The position numbers were made by a program, and so were the translations under genes. A DNA stretch of 64,000 nucleotides. Origin: Candidatus Beckwithbacteria bacterium (GTDB taxonomy: Bacteria; Patescibacteriota; Microgenomatia; UBA1400; CG1-02-47-37). Positions 10,113 through 19,679 of the stretch are shown piece by piece; position 1 is the first letter of the stretch, and each line of letters begins with the position of its first letter. The stretch covers positions 118,647-182,646 of the forward strand of contig JAZDKF010000012.1 in assembly GCA_043803225.1 (NCBI GenBank). The letters run 5' to 3'. The notes under the pieces are model-generated. The model was given only the letters and a program-made list of their open reading frames with translations, did no database searches and had not been told where the DNA came from.

Positions 10113-10382
10113 ATGCCGTTAAAGACCGACAAAAAACAAACGATTATTAAAAAGTTTGCCACTCAAAAAGGAGACACTGGTTCTCCTGAGGTGCAGATTG
10201 CCCTTTTATCTGAGCGGATTAATGACCTTACTCATCATTTAAAAACTCACCTTAAAGACAATCACTCCCGCCGCGGTTTGCTCGCTATGGTTTCTAAGCG
10301 CCGCCGCTTGTTGAATTACTTAAACCGTAAAGATAAAGCCCGCTATCAAGCCATTATTACTAAATTGAAATTAAAAAAATAA
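10113..10382 (+). CDS. rpsO: 30S ribosomal protein S15
   Basis: 89 aa; [38 protein letters not shown] matches S15. Confidence 0.95.
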   Translation: MPLKTDKKQTIIKKFATQKGDTGSPEVQIALLSERINDLTHHLKTHLKDNHSRRGLLAMVSKRRRLLNYLNRKDKARYQAIITKLKLKK

Positions 10383-10385
10383 GGA

Positions 10386-12521
10386 ATGGGTATTACCAGC
10401 AAATCCGTTGAAGTGAACGGCCAAACCATCACTTTTGAACTCGGCCGTTATGCTGAGCAAGCTACCGCCGCTGTCTTGGCTAAAGCCAACGACACCGTCG
10501 TTTTAGTTACCGTTGTTGAAGGTAAAGAAATTCCCAGTTTGGACTACTTTCCTTTAACTGTGGAATACCAGGAAAAGCTTTACGCCTCCGGCATTATCAA
10601 AGGCTCTCGTTGGGTTAAACGCGAAGGCCGGCCTACCGACGAAGCGATTTTAAAAGCCCGCTTGATTGACCGGTCGATCCGGCCGCTCTTCCCTGAAGGT
10701 TACCTGAAAGAAGTTCAGGTCGTGGCCACGGTTCTATCTTACGATCCGACTACTGATCCGGAAATCCTAGCCCTCTGCGCCACCTCTTTAGCTTTGTCTC
10801 TATCGCCGATTCCCTGGAACGGCCCGATTGCGGCGGTGAGAACGAAAACTGACCAACTCGACTTAACCTTATCCGGCTCTAAAGACGCTCTGGTCATGGT
10901 TGAGGCCGGTGCCAAAGAAGTCAGCGAAGCTGAAGTTTTAACCGCTATGTCTAAAGGTCACCTGGAAATTAAAAAAATTATTTCTATTATTAATGACTTG
11001 GCAAAGTCCAACGGTCAACCTAAAGCAGATTTTGTTGCTCCTACTATTGACGCCCAATTGAAAAAACAGGTTTTAACCAAAACCAAGACTAGCTTAGACG
11101 ATTTGATCGTTCGCTTGGAATCCAGCTCTCATGAAAAAGACATGGACCTGACTCCCATTGAGCAAGCTTGCCTTCAAGACATGCCTGAAGCTGATCCAGC
11201 TCAGGTTAAAGCGGTTATTGCCGATTACTTTAAAACTACTTCGCGTGAAAAAGTCTTTACTCAGAAAAAACGCACTGATGGCCGCAAACCTGATCAAATC
11301 CGTCAGATTACCTGTGAAGTCAGCTGTTTACCCCGCACTCACGGCACCGGTATGTTTAAACGCGGCGCCACCCAAGCCCTATCCATTGCTACTTTAGGCT
11401 CTCCCAGCCTGGGACAGTTAATTGAAGACCTTGAAGGCGAAACCTCCAAACGCTACATGCATCACTATTTTTTCCCGCCCTATTCAGTTGGTGAAGCTGG
11501 TCGGATTGGCGCCCCCTCCCGAAGAGAAATCGGCCATGGCGCTCTGGCCGAGCGGGCGATTGAACCGGTCTTACCCGATGAAGATAAATTTCCCTATGCC
11601 ATCCGGGTTGTTTCGGAAATTATGTCATCTAATGGCTCCACCTCCATGGCCTCTGTCTGCGGTTCTACCTTGTCCTTAATGGATGCCGGTGTGCCCTTGA
11701 AAAAACCCGTTGCCGGGATTGCCATGGGCTTATTGTTTAAAGATGCCAAAAACTATGTTGTTTTAACCGACATTCAGGGCATTGAAGACCATTTAGGCGA
11801 CATGGACTTTAAAGTTGCCGGTACTGACACTGGTATTACTGCCCTGCAGATGGATATTAAGATTCCCGGGGTCACTCAAGAAATTTTAAAAACTGCGCTT
11901 GATAAAGCTAAGGTTGCTCGTTTGTCGATCATGGCCACCATGGCCAAAACCATTGCTCAACCCAGAGCTAAAGTTTCTCAGTTTGCTCCCAAGATTATCA
12001 CTCTGTCGATTCCGGTCGACAAGATTGGTGAGTTAATCGGCCCGGGCGGCAAAAACATCAAAAAAATTATCTGCGATACTGAATGCGAAGTTGATGTTAA
12101 TGATGACGGCCGGGTCGTGATTACCGGAGTTGACGAAGCTAAGTTAGCGATTGCCAAAGAATCAGTTGAAGCCATCAGTCATGTATTTGCAGTTGGCGAA
12201 GAGTATGACGGTAAAGTGGTTCGGATTGAACCCTTTGGCGCCTTTGTCGAACTCTTGCCCGGCAAAGACGGCCTGGTCCATGTTTCCCGGCTTTCCACCG
12301 GTTACGTCGCCGACCCCAACACGATTGTTAAACTTGGGGATACCCTCCATGTTCGCGTTCGCGAGATCGACGACCAAGGCCGTGTCAGCTTAACCACTTT
12401 AACTTCCGAACAGGAAGCCCAAATGCCGCCCCGACCCAGCGGGGGACGCCCCGGTGGCTTTAATGGCCGTCCGCCTTTCCGTCGCCCCGGTGGCGGTCAG
12501 CGCTTCTCCGGCCGTAGATAA
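10386..12521 (+). CDS. pnp: Polyribonucleotide nucleotidyltransferase (PNPase) with RGG-type C-terminal tail
   Basis: Two RNase PH domains, KH and S1 domains, and a Gly/Arg/Pro tail (RPSGGRPGGFNGRPPFRRPGGGQRFSGRR). Confidence 0.95.
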   Translation: MGITSKSVEVNGQTITFELGRYAEQATAAVLAKANDTVVLVTVVEGKEIPSLDYFPLTVEYQEKLYASGIIKGSRWVKREGRPTDEAILKARLIDRSIRPLFPEGYLKEVQVVATVLSYDPTTDPEILALCATSLALSLSPIPWNGPIAAVRTKTDQLDLTLSGSKDALVMVEAGAKEVSEAEVLTAMSKGHLEIKKIISIINDLAKSNGQPKADFVAPTIDAQLKKQVLTKTKTSLDDLIVRLESSSHEKDMDLTPIEQACLQDMPEADPAQVKAVIADYFKTTSREKVFTQKKRTDGRKPDQIRQITCEVSCLPRTHGTGMFKRGATQALSIATLGSPSLGQLIEDLEGETSKRYMHHYFFPPYSVGEAGRIGAPSRREIGHGALAERAIEPVLPDEDKFPYAIRVVSEIMSSNGSTSMASVCGSTLSLMDAGVPLKKPVAGIAMGLLFKDAKNYVVLTDIQGIEDHLGDMDFKVAGTDTGITALQMDIKIPGVTQEILKTALDKAKVARLSIMATMAKTIAQPRAKVSQFAPKIITLSIPVDKIGELIGPGGKNIKKIICDTECEVDVNDDGRVVITGVDEAKLAIAKESVEAISHVFAVGEEYDGKVVRIEPFGAFVELLPGKDGLVHVSRLSTGYVADPNTIVKLGDTLHVRVREIDDQGRVSLTTLTSEQEAQMPPRPSGGRPGGFNGRPPFRRPGGGQRFSGRR

Positions 12522-12863
12522 ATGAAAATAATTCATAAAAACCAAACTAAAGAATTTAATAACAGTGATCAATGTTTGGCAATCGAATATCCCTTAGGCG
12601 ATAAAGATATTAACGGAGCCGTCATCAAATTAAATGGCCGATATCCAAATAAAGGCCAGGTGGTCAACGCTGTTTGTAAAGAAATGGCTTACATTATTAA
12701 AGGTTCAGGCAAAGTAGTTGTTGACGGCCAAGAAATTAATTTTTTCCAAGGCGATTTGATCTTAATCAACAAAAACGAAAAATATTATTGGCAAGGAAAT
12801 TGCGAAATGTTTGTTCCTTGTGTTCCGGCTTGGTACCCGGAACAACATCGGGAAATAGATTAA
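12522..12863 (+). CDS. Cupin-domain small protein
   Basis: 113 aa with a cupin-like G(x)5…G…N beta-barrel pattern (GQVVNAVCKEMAYIIKGSGKVVVDGQEINFFQGDLILI). AT-rich. Confidence 0.5.
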   Translation: MKIIHKNQTKEFNNSDQCLAIEYPLGDKDINGAVIKLNGRYPNKGQVVNAVCKEMAYIIKGSGKVVVDGQEINFFQGDLILINKNEKYYWQGNCEMFVPCVPAWYPEQHREID

Positions 12864-13582
12864 AGTGCCGCCCCTAAAGCAGTGGCATACTCGCCGTCTT
12901 TAGGGAAAATCGGCTTCAATTGGAATAAAGCGCACACCTGAGTTAAGCCATGTTGGATAATTGGATTGGTGGCCACGCGGCCGCAAAATACAATCTTTTT
13001 TTCACCGGTTTTTTGCGCCGCCAAACAACTGACCACTCCGATTGTTTCAATTACCATTCCCACTAAACTGGCCGCTAAATCTTCTAACTTTTTTGACTTT
13101 ACTTTGCCAAAGTTAGCCGCTGTTGCCTCTGGTGGAAGCAATCCTATACCTTGTCCCACCACATCACCAACCGTTAAATCCACTTTAGCTTTATCGCCCT
13201 TTCCCGCCAGCTTAAAAATCTTTTCTACCTTATTAGTTTTTAAAAGTAATTTTCCTAATCCTAATAAAGTCCCACCCCCAACTCCGGTCCCGCCTAAATG
13301 CATAATCGGCTGATTTTTTCTGGCCCATACTACTGCCGTGCCTGTTCCGCAACTAACCACCACTGCTGAGTTTAATCCTGACAGCCACAAACCGCCTCTT
13401 CCCAAACACTCCAACTCATTTTTCTCCCGCGCCGTTATTATCGGCGCCTTTCCGGCCAGTTGCTTCACCCAGTTAGGCGAGTATTGGCTTGTTAATATTA
13501 TTGTTTTATTTAAAATTTTCTGGCCATCAAATAAAACCGCCTTAACATAACTGGCGCCATTATCCACCCCTAAAATTTTCAT
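12860..13582 (-). CDS. coaW: Type II (CoaW/fumble-like) pantothenate kinase, ASKHA superfamily
   Basis: Blocks ILGVDNGASYVK, SCGTGTAVVW, LGGTGVGGGTLLGLGKLL, LPPEATAANFGKV and C-terminal GEYATALGAAL mirror the conserved blocks of the staphylococcal type II PanK. Confidence 0.75.
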   Translation of the reverse strand: MKILGVDNGASYVKAVLFDGQKILNKTIILTSQYSPNWVKQLAGKAPIITAREKNELECLGRGGLWLSGLNSAVVVSCGTGTAVVWARKNQPIMHLGGTGVGGGTLLGLGKLLLKTNKVEKIFKLAGKGDKAKVDLTVGDVVGQGIGLLPPEATAANFGKVKSKKLEDLAASLVGMVIETIGVVSCLAAQKTGEKKIVFCGRVATNPIIQHGLTQVCALFQLKPIFPKDGEYATALGAAL

Positions 13583-13595
13583 AGCTAGATTATAC

Positions 13596-13639
13596 TTGAC
13601 AACTTAAAACAATAAGAATATATTCGAATAATCGAATAT
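13596..13639 (+). promoter_or_regulatory. Promoter with overlapping 8-4-8 inverted repeat (ArsR-type operator candidate)
   Basis: -35 TTGACA at 13596-13601, then 17 bp, then TATATT at 13619-13624. Inverted repeat ATATTCGA-ATAA-TCGAATAT at 13620-13639 overlaps the -10 and the regulator's ATG at 13638. Confidence 0.55.
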
Positions 13640-14063
13640 GTATATAGAAGCATTTACTAAACACGCTAAGTTACTGCAGGCCTTAGCTCATCCTAAGCGG
13701 TTAGAGATTTTAAACTTGTTAGCTCAAAAAAATCTAACCGTCACCCAGGTTTATTCCATGCTCGATCTGCCTCAGCCTAACATCAGCCAGCACTTAAATT
13801 TACTCCGTCAAGCCAATGTGGTTGCCACCAAACGTATCGGCAAAGAAATTTACTACCGCCTAGCAAATAAAAAAATTAACCGGTTTTTGCCCCAAAACCT
13901 CAATTTATTAAAATTAGCCCCTTTAGTTCACGATCCGGTTTGCAAGATGCAGTTATCCTCAAAAACTGTTCTGATCAAAACCAGCTACCAAGGGAAACAG
14001 TATTATTTCTGCGCCTCCGGTTGTTTAAAACAATTTAGGGCCCAGCCCAATAAATATGTCTAA
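13638..14063 (+). CDS. ArsR/SmtB-family HTH regulator fused to a C-terminal YHS/TRASH metal-binding domain
   Basis: ArsR HTH (HPKRLEILNLLAQKNLTVTQVYSMLDLPQPNISQHLNLLRQANVV). YHS-type Cys motif DPVCKMQ…KQYYFCASGCLKQF. Confidence 0.8.
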   Translation: MYIEAFTKHAKLLQALAHPKRLEILNLLAQKNLTVTQVYSMLDLPQPNISQHLNLLRQANVVATKRIGKEIYYRLANKKINRFLPQNLNLLKLAPLVHDPVCKMQLSSKTVLIKTSYQGKQYYFCASGCLKQFRAQPNKYV

Positions 14064-16167
14064 ACCTATTACTCAGACCTTTCCCCTTACCGGCATGCTC
14101 TGTTCCAGCTGTGCCAATATTTTAACCAAAGCGATATTAAAAGTCCCTGGGGTAATCTCGGCTCAAGTTACCTATACTACCGACAAAGCTACGATCGATT
14201 ACGATCTGAATAACATTAATTGGTTAGCCCTAAAAAAAGCTGTTTCTTCTCTTGGCTCCTATCAAATTATTTTACCCAATGAATCCACTCAACCCCAAAT
14301 GCTTTTAAAAACCAAAGTCATCATTAGTGCCGTTCTTTCTTTAATCATTATGTTTAGCGAGATATTTAAACTTTTACCCCGAGAAATTATCTTTATTTTA
14401 ACCACGGTTGTTTTGTTTTATTCTGGCCGGGAGTTTTTTATAAACGCCTTTTTAGCGCTTAAAAAAATGAACGCCAACATGGATACTTTAATTGCCTTGG
14501 GGACTGGCGCCGCCTATCTCTACTCAGCTTCAATTATATTTTCTTCTCAGCCAGCTTACTTTGATACTGCCGCCACAATTATTACTTTAATTCTTTTAGG
14601 CCGCTATCTTGAAGTTAAAGCCAAAACTAAAGCCTCGCAGGCGATTAAAAAACTCCTTAATCTCCAGGTTAAAAAAGCCCTTTTGTTTAATAACGGTCAA
14701 GAAGTTGAAGTTGACATCGATCAGGTTAAAACCGGCGACCAACTCTTAGTTAAACCGGGAGTCAAAGTTCCGGTTGATGCGATTATTCTTAAAGGCCAAT
14801 CTTACTTGGACGAATCTCTGGTTACCGGCGAGTCAGTTCCGGTCTTGAAAAAAGAAGGGGATAAAGTTATCGGCAGTACTATTAATAAAAAAGGTTTGCT
14901 GATTATTCAAGCCACTAAAGTCGGCGAAGACACCTTATTGGCGAACATTGTTAAACTGGTTAATCAGGCCCAAAGTTCTCGGGCGCCGATTCAAAAACTG
15001 GCCGATAAAGTCTCTGGTATTTTTGTCCCCGTAGTCGTTCTTTTATCCATTCTGGCATTTTTAATTTGGCACTTTATTTTTGGTTTGGCTTTTAGCCCGG
15101 CTCTGGTAATTTCCATTACAATTCTTATTGTTTCTTGTCCTTGCGCTTTAGGTTTGGCCACCCCGATTTCGATTCTGGTCGCTACCGGCCTCGGTGCCGG
15201 AAACGGCATCTTGATTAAAAATGCCGAAAAACTCCAAATTGCCGGTAATATAAAAGCGATTGTTTTTGATAAAACCGGTACTTTAACCCAAGGCTCTTTT
15301 GCCGTCACCGAGATTATCCCGGCTGATATTTCTCCGAGATGGAAAGCCTTGGACATCTTAAAGTTGGCCGCCAGCCTGGAACAGGGCTCTGATCATCCGA
15401 TTGCTGAAGCGATTGTTGAAGAGGCTAAAGACCAGAAACTTAAACTCTTCCGCCCCACCAATTTCAGTAATATTGAAGGCCAGGGGATTGCTGGAACAGT
15501 TGATCATCAATCAATCTTACTTGGCAACTGGTTATTTATGAAGCAAAAAAATCTTAAATCTTTTGGACCCTCAGACAAAACCACTGCTTATTTAAGCGTT
15601 AATAATCAAATTATCGGCGCCATCGCTTTAGAAGACAAGCCCAAAGAGGCTGCCAAATCTATGATAGAAAAACTTCACCAACAAGGCCTGGCTGTTTGGA
15701 TGATCAGCGGTGATAATCAGGCTACCGCCGAGAATATTGGTCAACGTTTAGGGATAAAAAATATTTTAAGCGAAGTTTTGCCCCAGGATAAAGTTACTCA
15801 AATCAGGCAGCTTCAACAACAATATTCCTTAGTTGCCATGGCCGGCGACGGAATTAATGATGCTCCGGCTTTAGCCCAAGCCAATGTCGGGATTGCCATG
15901 GCCACTGGTACTGATGTCGCCATCGAAGCCGGCGACATCACCTTGCTCCGCGGAGATTTAAACTTAATCTGCCAAACTATTGCTTTGTCGCGGGCTACCA
16001 TGAGAAATATTAAGCAAAACTTATTCTGGGCATTTGGCTATAATTTGATTTTGATTCCTGTGGCTATGGCCGGCAGGATTAATCCAATGTTGGCCGCCGG
16101 AGCAATGGCTTTTTCCAGTCTTTCAGTCGTCTTAAACGCCTTAAGATTAAGGCGGCTTAAACTATGA
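14056..16167 (+). CDS. copA: P1B-type copper(heavy-metal)-translocating ATPase
   Basis: N-terminal metal-binding domain (GMLCSSCAN), the CPC motif (SCPCALG), DKTGTLT phosphorylation site, and GDGINDAPAL. Confidence 0.9.
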   Translation: MSKPITQTFPLTGMLCSSCANILTKAILKVPGVISAQVTYTTDKATIDYDLNNINWLALKKAVSSLGSYQIILPNESTQPQMLLKTKVIISAVLSLIIMFSEIFKLLPREIIFILTTVVLFYSGREFFINAFLALKKMNANMDTLIALGTGAAYLYSASIIFSSQPAYFDTAATIITLILLGRYLEVKAKTKASQAIKKLLNLQVKKALLFNNGQEVEVDIDQVKTGDQLLVKPGVKVPVDAIILKGQSYLDESLVTGESVPVLKKEGDKVIGSTINKKGLLIIQATKVGEDTLLANIVKLVNQAQSSRAPIQKLADKVSGIFVPVVVLLSILAFLIWHFIFGLAFSPALVISITILIVSCPCALGLATPISILVATGLGAGNGILIKNAEKLQIAGNIKAIVFDKTGTLTQGSFAVTEIIPADISPRWKALDILKLAASLEQGSDHPIAEAIVEEAKDQKLKLFRPTNFSNIEGQGIAGTVDHQSILLGNWLFMKQKNLKSFGPSDKTTAYLSVNNQIIGAIALEDKPKEAAKSMIEKLHQQGLAVWMISGDNQATAENIGQRLGIKNILSEVLPQDKVTQIRQLQQQYSLVAMAGDGINDAPALAQANVGIAMATGTDVAIEAGDITLLRGDLNLICQTIALSRATMRNIKQNLFWAFGYNLILIPVAMAGRINPMLAAGAMAFSSLSVVLNALRLRRLKL

Positions 16168-17126
16168 ACTTTCTTCCTATCTTTCTTACTGGTTTAACCA
16201 CTGGCGGGCTATCCTGTTTGGCTGTCCAAGGTGGATTATTAGTCAGTTTAATTGCCAACTTAAAAGCCAAGCCAGGAAACAAATTGCCGGTTTTTATGTT
16301 TTTATTAAGCAAAACTATTGTTTATACCCTTTTAGGTTTTTTACTCGGTCTATTTGGTTCAAAGATCAGTTTAAGCCCAACTTCCGCCGCTATATTTCAA
16401 ATTTTTTCCGCTTTTTTTATGTTTGGCACCGCTATGAATTTATTAAATCTGCACCCAATCTTTCGCTATTTGACTATCACTCCGCCTAAATTTGTCCGCC
16501 GCCTATTAAAAAACAATACCAAAAGTGAAGCTATGTTTACCCCTTTAATTTTAGGAGCTTTAACAGTTTTGATTCCTTGTGGCGTAACCCAGGCGATGGA
16601 GGTTTTAGCTATTAACAGCGCTAGTCCGATTCAAGGTGCTTTAACCCTGTTATTTTTTGTTTTAGGCACCGCCCCTTTATTTGTCCTTTTTGGTGTTTCT
16701 GCCGCCAGATTCTCTTCAGCTTGGCAAGTTCAATTTTCCCGGGTTGCCAGCGTCCTGCTTATTGGCTTTTCTTTATATATTTTAAATTCCAGCTTGATTT
16801 TATTTAACTCGCCCCTAACTTTTGCAACCCTAACCCGATCGGTTACTACTAGTCCGGTTATCAACCAAGTGACGATTAATATTAATAATTCCGGTTACAC
16901 TCCAAAATACTTCCGCGTTAAAGTTAACCAACCAGTCCAGTTAACTTTAACTTCCAATAACGTTCACAGCTGCACCCTGTCTTTTATTTTTAAAGCCTTT
17001 AACATTCGCGTGCTTCTGCAACCCACTGACAGCCAAACTTTTACTTTTACCCCGACTAAAACTGGCCGCTATACTTATTCCTGTTCCATGGGCATGTATA
17101 GTGGCACCATGGAGGTAGTTCAATGA
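16164..17126 (+). CDS. Integral membrane protein (DsbD/CcdA-like two-Cys TM domain) fused to a C-terminal cupredoxin-like domain
   Basis: About 6 TM segments with Cys in TM1 (GGLSCLAVQGG) and a later TM (LIPCGVTQA). The C-terminal ~100 aa are beta-rich with a C…SMGMYSGTM plastocyanin-like copper-ligand pattern. Translationally coupled to copA. Confidence 0.55.
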   Translation: MNFLPIFLTGLTTGGLSCLAVQGGLLVSLIANLKAKPGNKLPVFMFLLSKTIVYTLLGFLLGLFGSKISLSPTSAAIFQIFSAFFMFGTAMNLLNLHPIFRYLTITPPKFVRRLLKNNTKSEAMFTPLILGALTVLIPCGVTQAMEVLAINSASPIQGALTLLFFVLGTAPLFVLFGVSAARFSSAWQVQFSRVASVLLIGFSLYILNSSLILFNSPLTFATLTRSVTTSPVINQVTININNSGYTPKYFRVKVNQPVQLTLTSNNVHSCTLSFIFKAFNIRVLLQPTDSQTFTFTPTKTGRYTYSCSMGMYSGTMEVVQ

Positions 17127-17335
17127 CCCAAACCGCTACTTTTTCTCTAACCGGCCTTCATTGTATCAGTTGCGCCTTAAATATCGACAATACCTTGGAA
17201 GATTTAGCCGGTGTGGTTAGCAGCCAAACCAACTATCCTAAAAGCCAGGTTAAAGTTGAATTTGATTCTCAAAAAATTACCTCAGTTAAAATAATTAAAA
17301 CCATCAAGACTCTGGGTTACGATGTGCTAGAATGA
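17123..17335 (+). CDS. copZ: Heavy-metal-associated (HMA) copper chaperone, CopZ-like
   Basis: 70 aa with ferredoxin-like HMA fold and a GLHCISCA metal-binding loop (H in place of the usual T/M). Confidence 0.8.
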   Translation: MTQTATFSLTGLHCISCALNIDNTLEDLAGVVSSQTNYPKSQVKVEFDSQKITSVKIIKTIKTLGYDVLE

Positions 17336-17339
17336 TTTT

Positions 17340-18329
17340 ATGACGAAAGACTTAACTGCCCAATTAGCCGCGGCCGACTTACCTGCAGACTTAAAACTTA
17401 AAGCTGAAGAAATGATTAATTATACTGATCGGGAACAGATGAATCAGTATCTGAACTTAATTACTGCCCTGCCGTGGAATAAATTAAGCGAAGACTGTCT
17501 CGATTTAACCAAAGCCAAAGAAGTTATGGATGCCCACCATCATGGTATGACGGAAATTAAAGACAAGATTCTGGAATATTTATCAGTTATGACTTTAACT
17601 CGGGGTCAAGAAGGGGCTTCAAGGGCACCCATGCTTTGCCTGGTCGGTTTAGTTGGTACCGGAAAAACCACCTTTGCCCGGTCAATTGCTTTAGCCTTAA
17701 ACCGCGCCTTTGTCCGGATTCCTTTTGGCGGCCTAGGCTCAGCTCTGGATCTCCGTGGCCAGTCCCGGCTCCACCCGGATGCCGAACCCGGACTGATAGT
17801 TAAAGCTTTAAAGCGGGCTAAAACCAGAAATCCGGTTATACTGTTAGATGAAATCGACCGAGTCACTACCAACGCCAATGCTGACATTATGGGCGTCTTG
17901 GTTGAACTCTTAGATCCGGAGCAAAATGCCCAGTTTACTGACCACTATCTTGACTTTCCTTTTAATCTTTCCGACGTTCTCTTTGTCGCCACTGCCAACA
18001 ATTTAAGAAACATTGCCACCGCGGTTTTAGATCGGTTGGAAGTTCTGCAAATGCCTTCATACACTGACTCGGAAAAAACTATTATTGCCAAAGACTACAT
18101 TCTTCCTAAAGTGTTAACTGAATCTGGTCTATCTTTTGATAATCTGACTATTGACGATGATGTTTGGCCCAATATTGTCCGGCCGCTTGGCTTTGACGCT
18201 GGCCTAAGAACCCTGGAAAGAACTATTGAAAGCATCGCTCATCTTCTGGCCCGCTCCATTGTTGAAGGCCAGGTTAAACACTTTCACCTTACCCGCGAAA
18301 ATATTAAAAAATATTTACCCAATTATTAA
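17340..18329 (+). CDS. Lon-like AAA+ ATPase module without N-terminal LAN domain and without protease domain
   Basis: Collinear with the Lon ATPase core: LPWNKLSED…DAHHHGMTEIKDKILEYLSV, Walker A LVGLVGTGKTT, Walker B ILLDEIDR, LDPEQNAQFTDHYLDFPFNLSDVLFVATANN, Arg finger LDRLEV, sensor-2 AGLRTLER. The ORF ends at 329 aa, at the end of the AAA+ lid, so no S16 peptidase domain is present. Confidence 0.75.
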   Translation: MTKDLTAQLAAADLPADLKLKAEEMINYTDREQMNQYLNLITALPWNKLSEDCLDLTKAKEVMDAHHHGMTEIKDKILEYLSVMTLTRGQEGASRAPMLCLVGLVGTGKTTFARSIALALNRAFVRIPFGGLGSALDLRGQSRLHPDAEPGLIVKALKRAKTRNPVILLDEIDRVTTNANADIMGVLVELLDPEQNAQFTDHYLDFPFNLSDVLFVATANNLRNIATAVLDRLEVLQMPSYTDSEKTIIAKDYILPKVLTESGLSFDNLTIDDDVWPNIVRPLGFDAGLRTLERTIESIAHLLARSIVEGQVKHFHLTRENIKKYLPNY

Positions 18330-18332
18330 CCT

Positions 18333-19670
18333 ATGAATCTACTTCGAATTATTCCCTTAGGTGGCGGCCCGGGTATGGTCACCAACAATATGTATCTTTA
18401 TGAATTTGGCCACGATGCCTTGATTGTTGACTGCGGCATTGGCTTTCCTGAAGATAAAGCTTCAGACAACATTCTCATTCCTGACATCAGTTACTTAAAA
18501 TCAAAGCCTTTTAAAATTCATGGGATTTTACTCACCCATGGCCACGATGATCACCACGCGGCTCTGCCTCACATCTTGCCCCAGCTTGGTCCAGTTCCGG
18601 TTTATGCTTCCAAGCTCACGGCCGGTTTTGCCCAGGATCGTCTCGCTGACTTTAACCAGCATCAAACCATTAAGGTAATTAAAGAATATGATCAAATCAA
18701 ACTCGGCCCCTTTACTATTGATCCGATTCACGTCACTCACTCAGTTCCCAATACTTTTCACTACCTGATCAACACTCCAGTTGGCCCTATCTATCATGGC
18801 AGCGACTTTAAGTTTGACTTGACTCCTTTAGATAATCAGCCGCCAAACTTTAAACGCATCGCCGCTTTAAGCCGTCATGGCATTCTCTGTCTGCTCTCCG
18901 ATTGTTTAAGAAGTGAACGGGCTGGTTTTACTCCTTCAGAAACTACCCTTAGCCAAGCTTTAGAGAGGGAAATTAGCCACTGTCCTGGCCGGCTCATCTT
19001 TACTACTATGTCTTCCCAAATCCATCGGATTCAGCAGGCGATTGACATTGCCGTCAGTCATAATCGCCAAATCTGTTTTGTCGGCCGCTCTATGGAAAGA
19101 AATGTTCAAACCAGCCAGCGTTTAGGCTTTTTAAAATTTTCCCGGAAAACTACGATTAATAAAAAACGGCTTAAAACCATTCCTGATCACCGCTTATGCT
19201 TAATTATTGCCGGCAGTCAGGGTCAAGAATCTTCATCGTTGACCCGTTATGCCTCTGGTTATCATAAGTTTTTAAAAATTAAACCAAATGATAAAGTGGT
19301 TTATTCCACCGATATTATTCCCGGCAATGAACAAGCAGTCTACGCGGTTATTGACGAGTTGGCCAAAGCCGGCATTCAGGTAGCTTACCAGGACACTGAT
19401 GATGACTTGCATGTTTCCGGTCACGCCTCAGCCGGCGAACTCCAGCTGTTAATTCATCTGACTTCACCTCACTATCTTTATCCGATTGGCGGCGCTTTCC
19501 GCCATATGAATCAGTATGCTAAATTAGCCGAAGCCATTGGCTATCGGTCTGATCAAGTCATCATCCCTAACTCTGGCCAGGTAGTTGAATTTGACTCTTC
19601 TGGTCACTACCGCTTAGCTGAAACTTTAAAGCTCGAACCCTTGCTGGTTAATCAAAACGACTTAAAGTAA
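18333..19670 (+). CDS. rnj: Ribonuclease J-like metallo-beta-lactamase/beta-CASP RNase (short form)
   Basis: N-terminal IIPLGGGPGMVTNNMYLYEF and HxHxDH motif (LTHGHDDHHAAL). Beta-CASP region is present. At 445 aa the usual C-terminal domain is missing. Confidence 0.75.
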   Translation: MNLLRIIPLGGGPGMVTNNMYLYEFGHDALIVDCGIGFPEDKASDNILIPDISYLKSKPFKIHGILLTHGHDDHHAALPHILPQLGPVPVYASKLTAGFAQDRLADFNQHQTIKVIKEYDQIKLGPFTIDPIHVTHSVPNTFHYLINTPVGPIYHGSDFKFDLTPLDNQPPNFKRIAALSRHGILCLLSDCLRSERAGFTPSETTLSQALEREISHCPGRLIFTTMSSQIHRIQQAIDIAVSHNRQICFVGRSMERNVQTSQRLGFLKFSRKTTINKKRLKTIPDHRLCLIIAGSQGQESSSLTRYASGYHKFLKIKPNDKVVYSTDIIPGNEQAVYAVIDELAKAGIQVAYQDTDDDLHVSGHASAGELQLLIHLTSPHYLYPIGGAFRHMNQYAKLAEAIGYRSDQVIIPNSGQVVEFDSSGHYRLAETLKLEPLLVNQNDLK

Positions 19671-19679
19671 AATTCTTTT

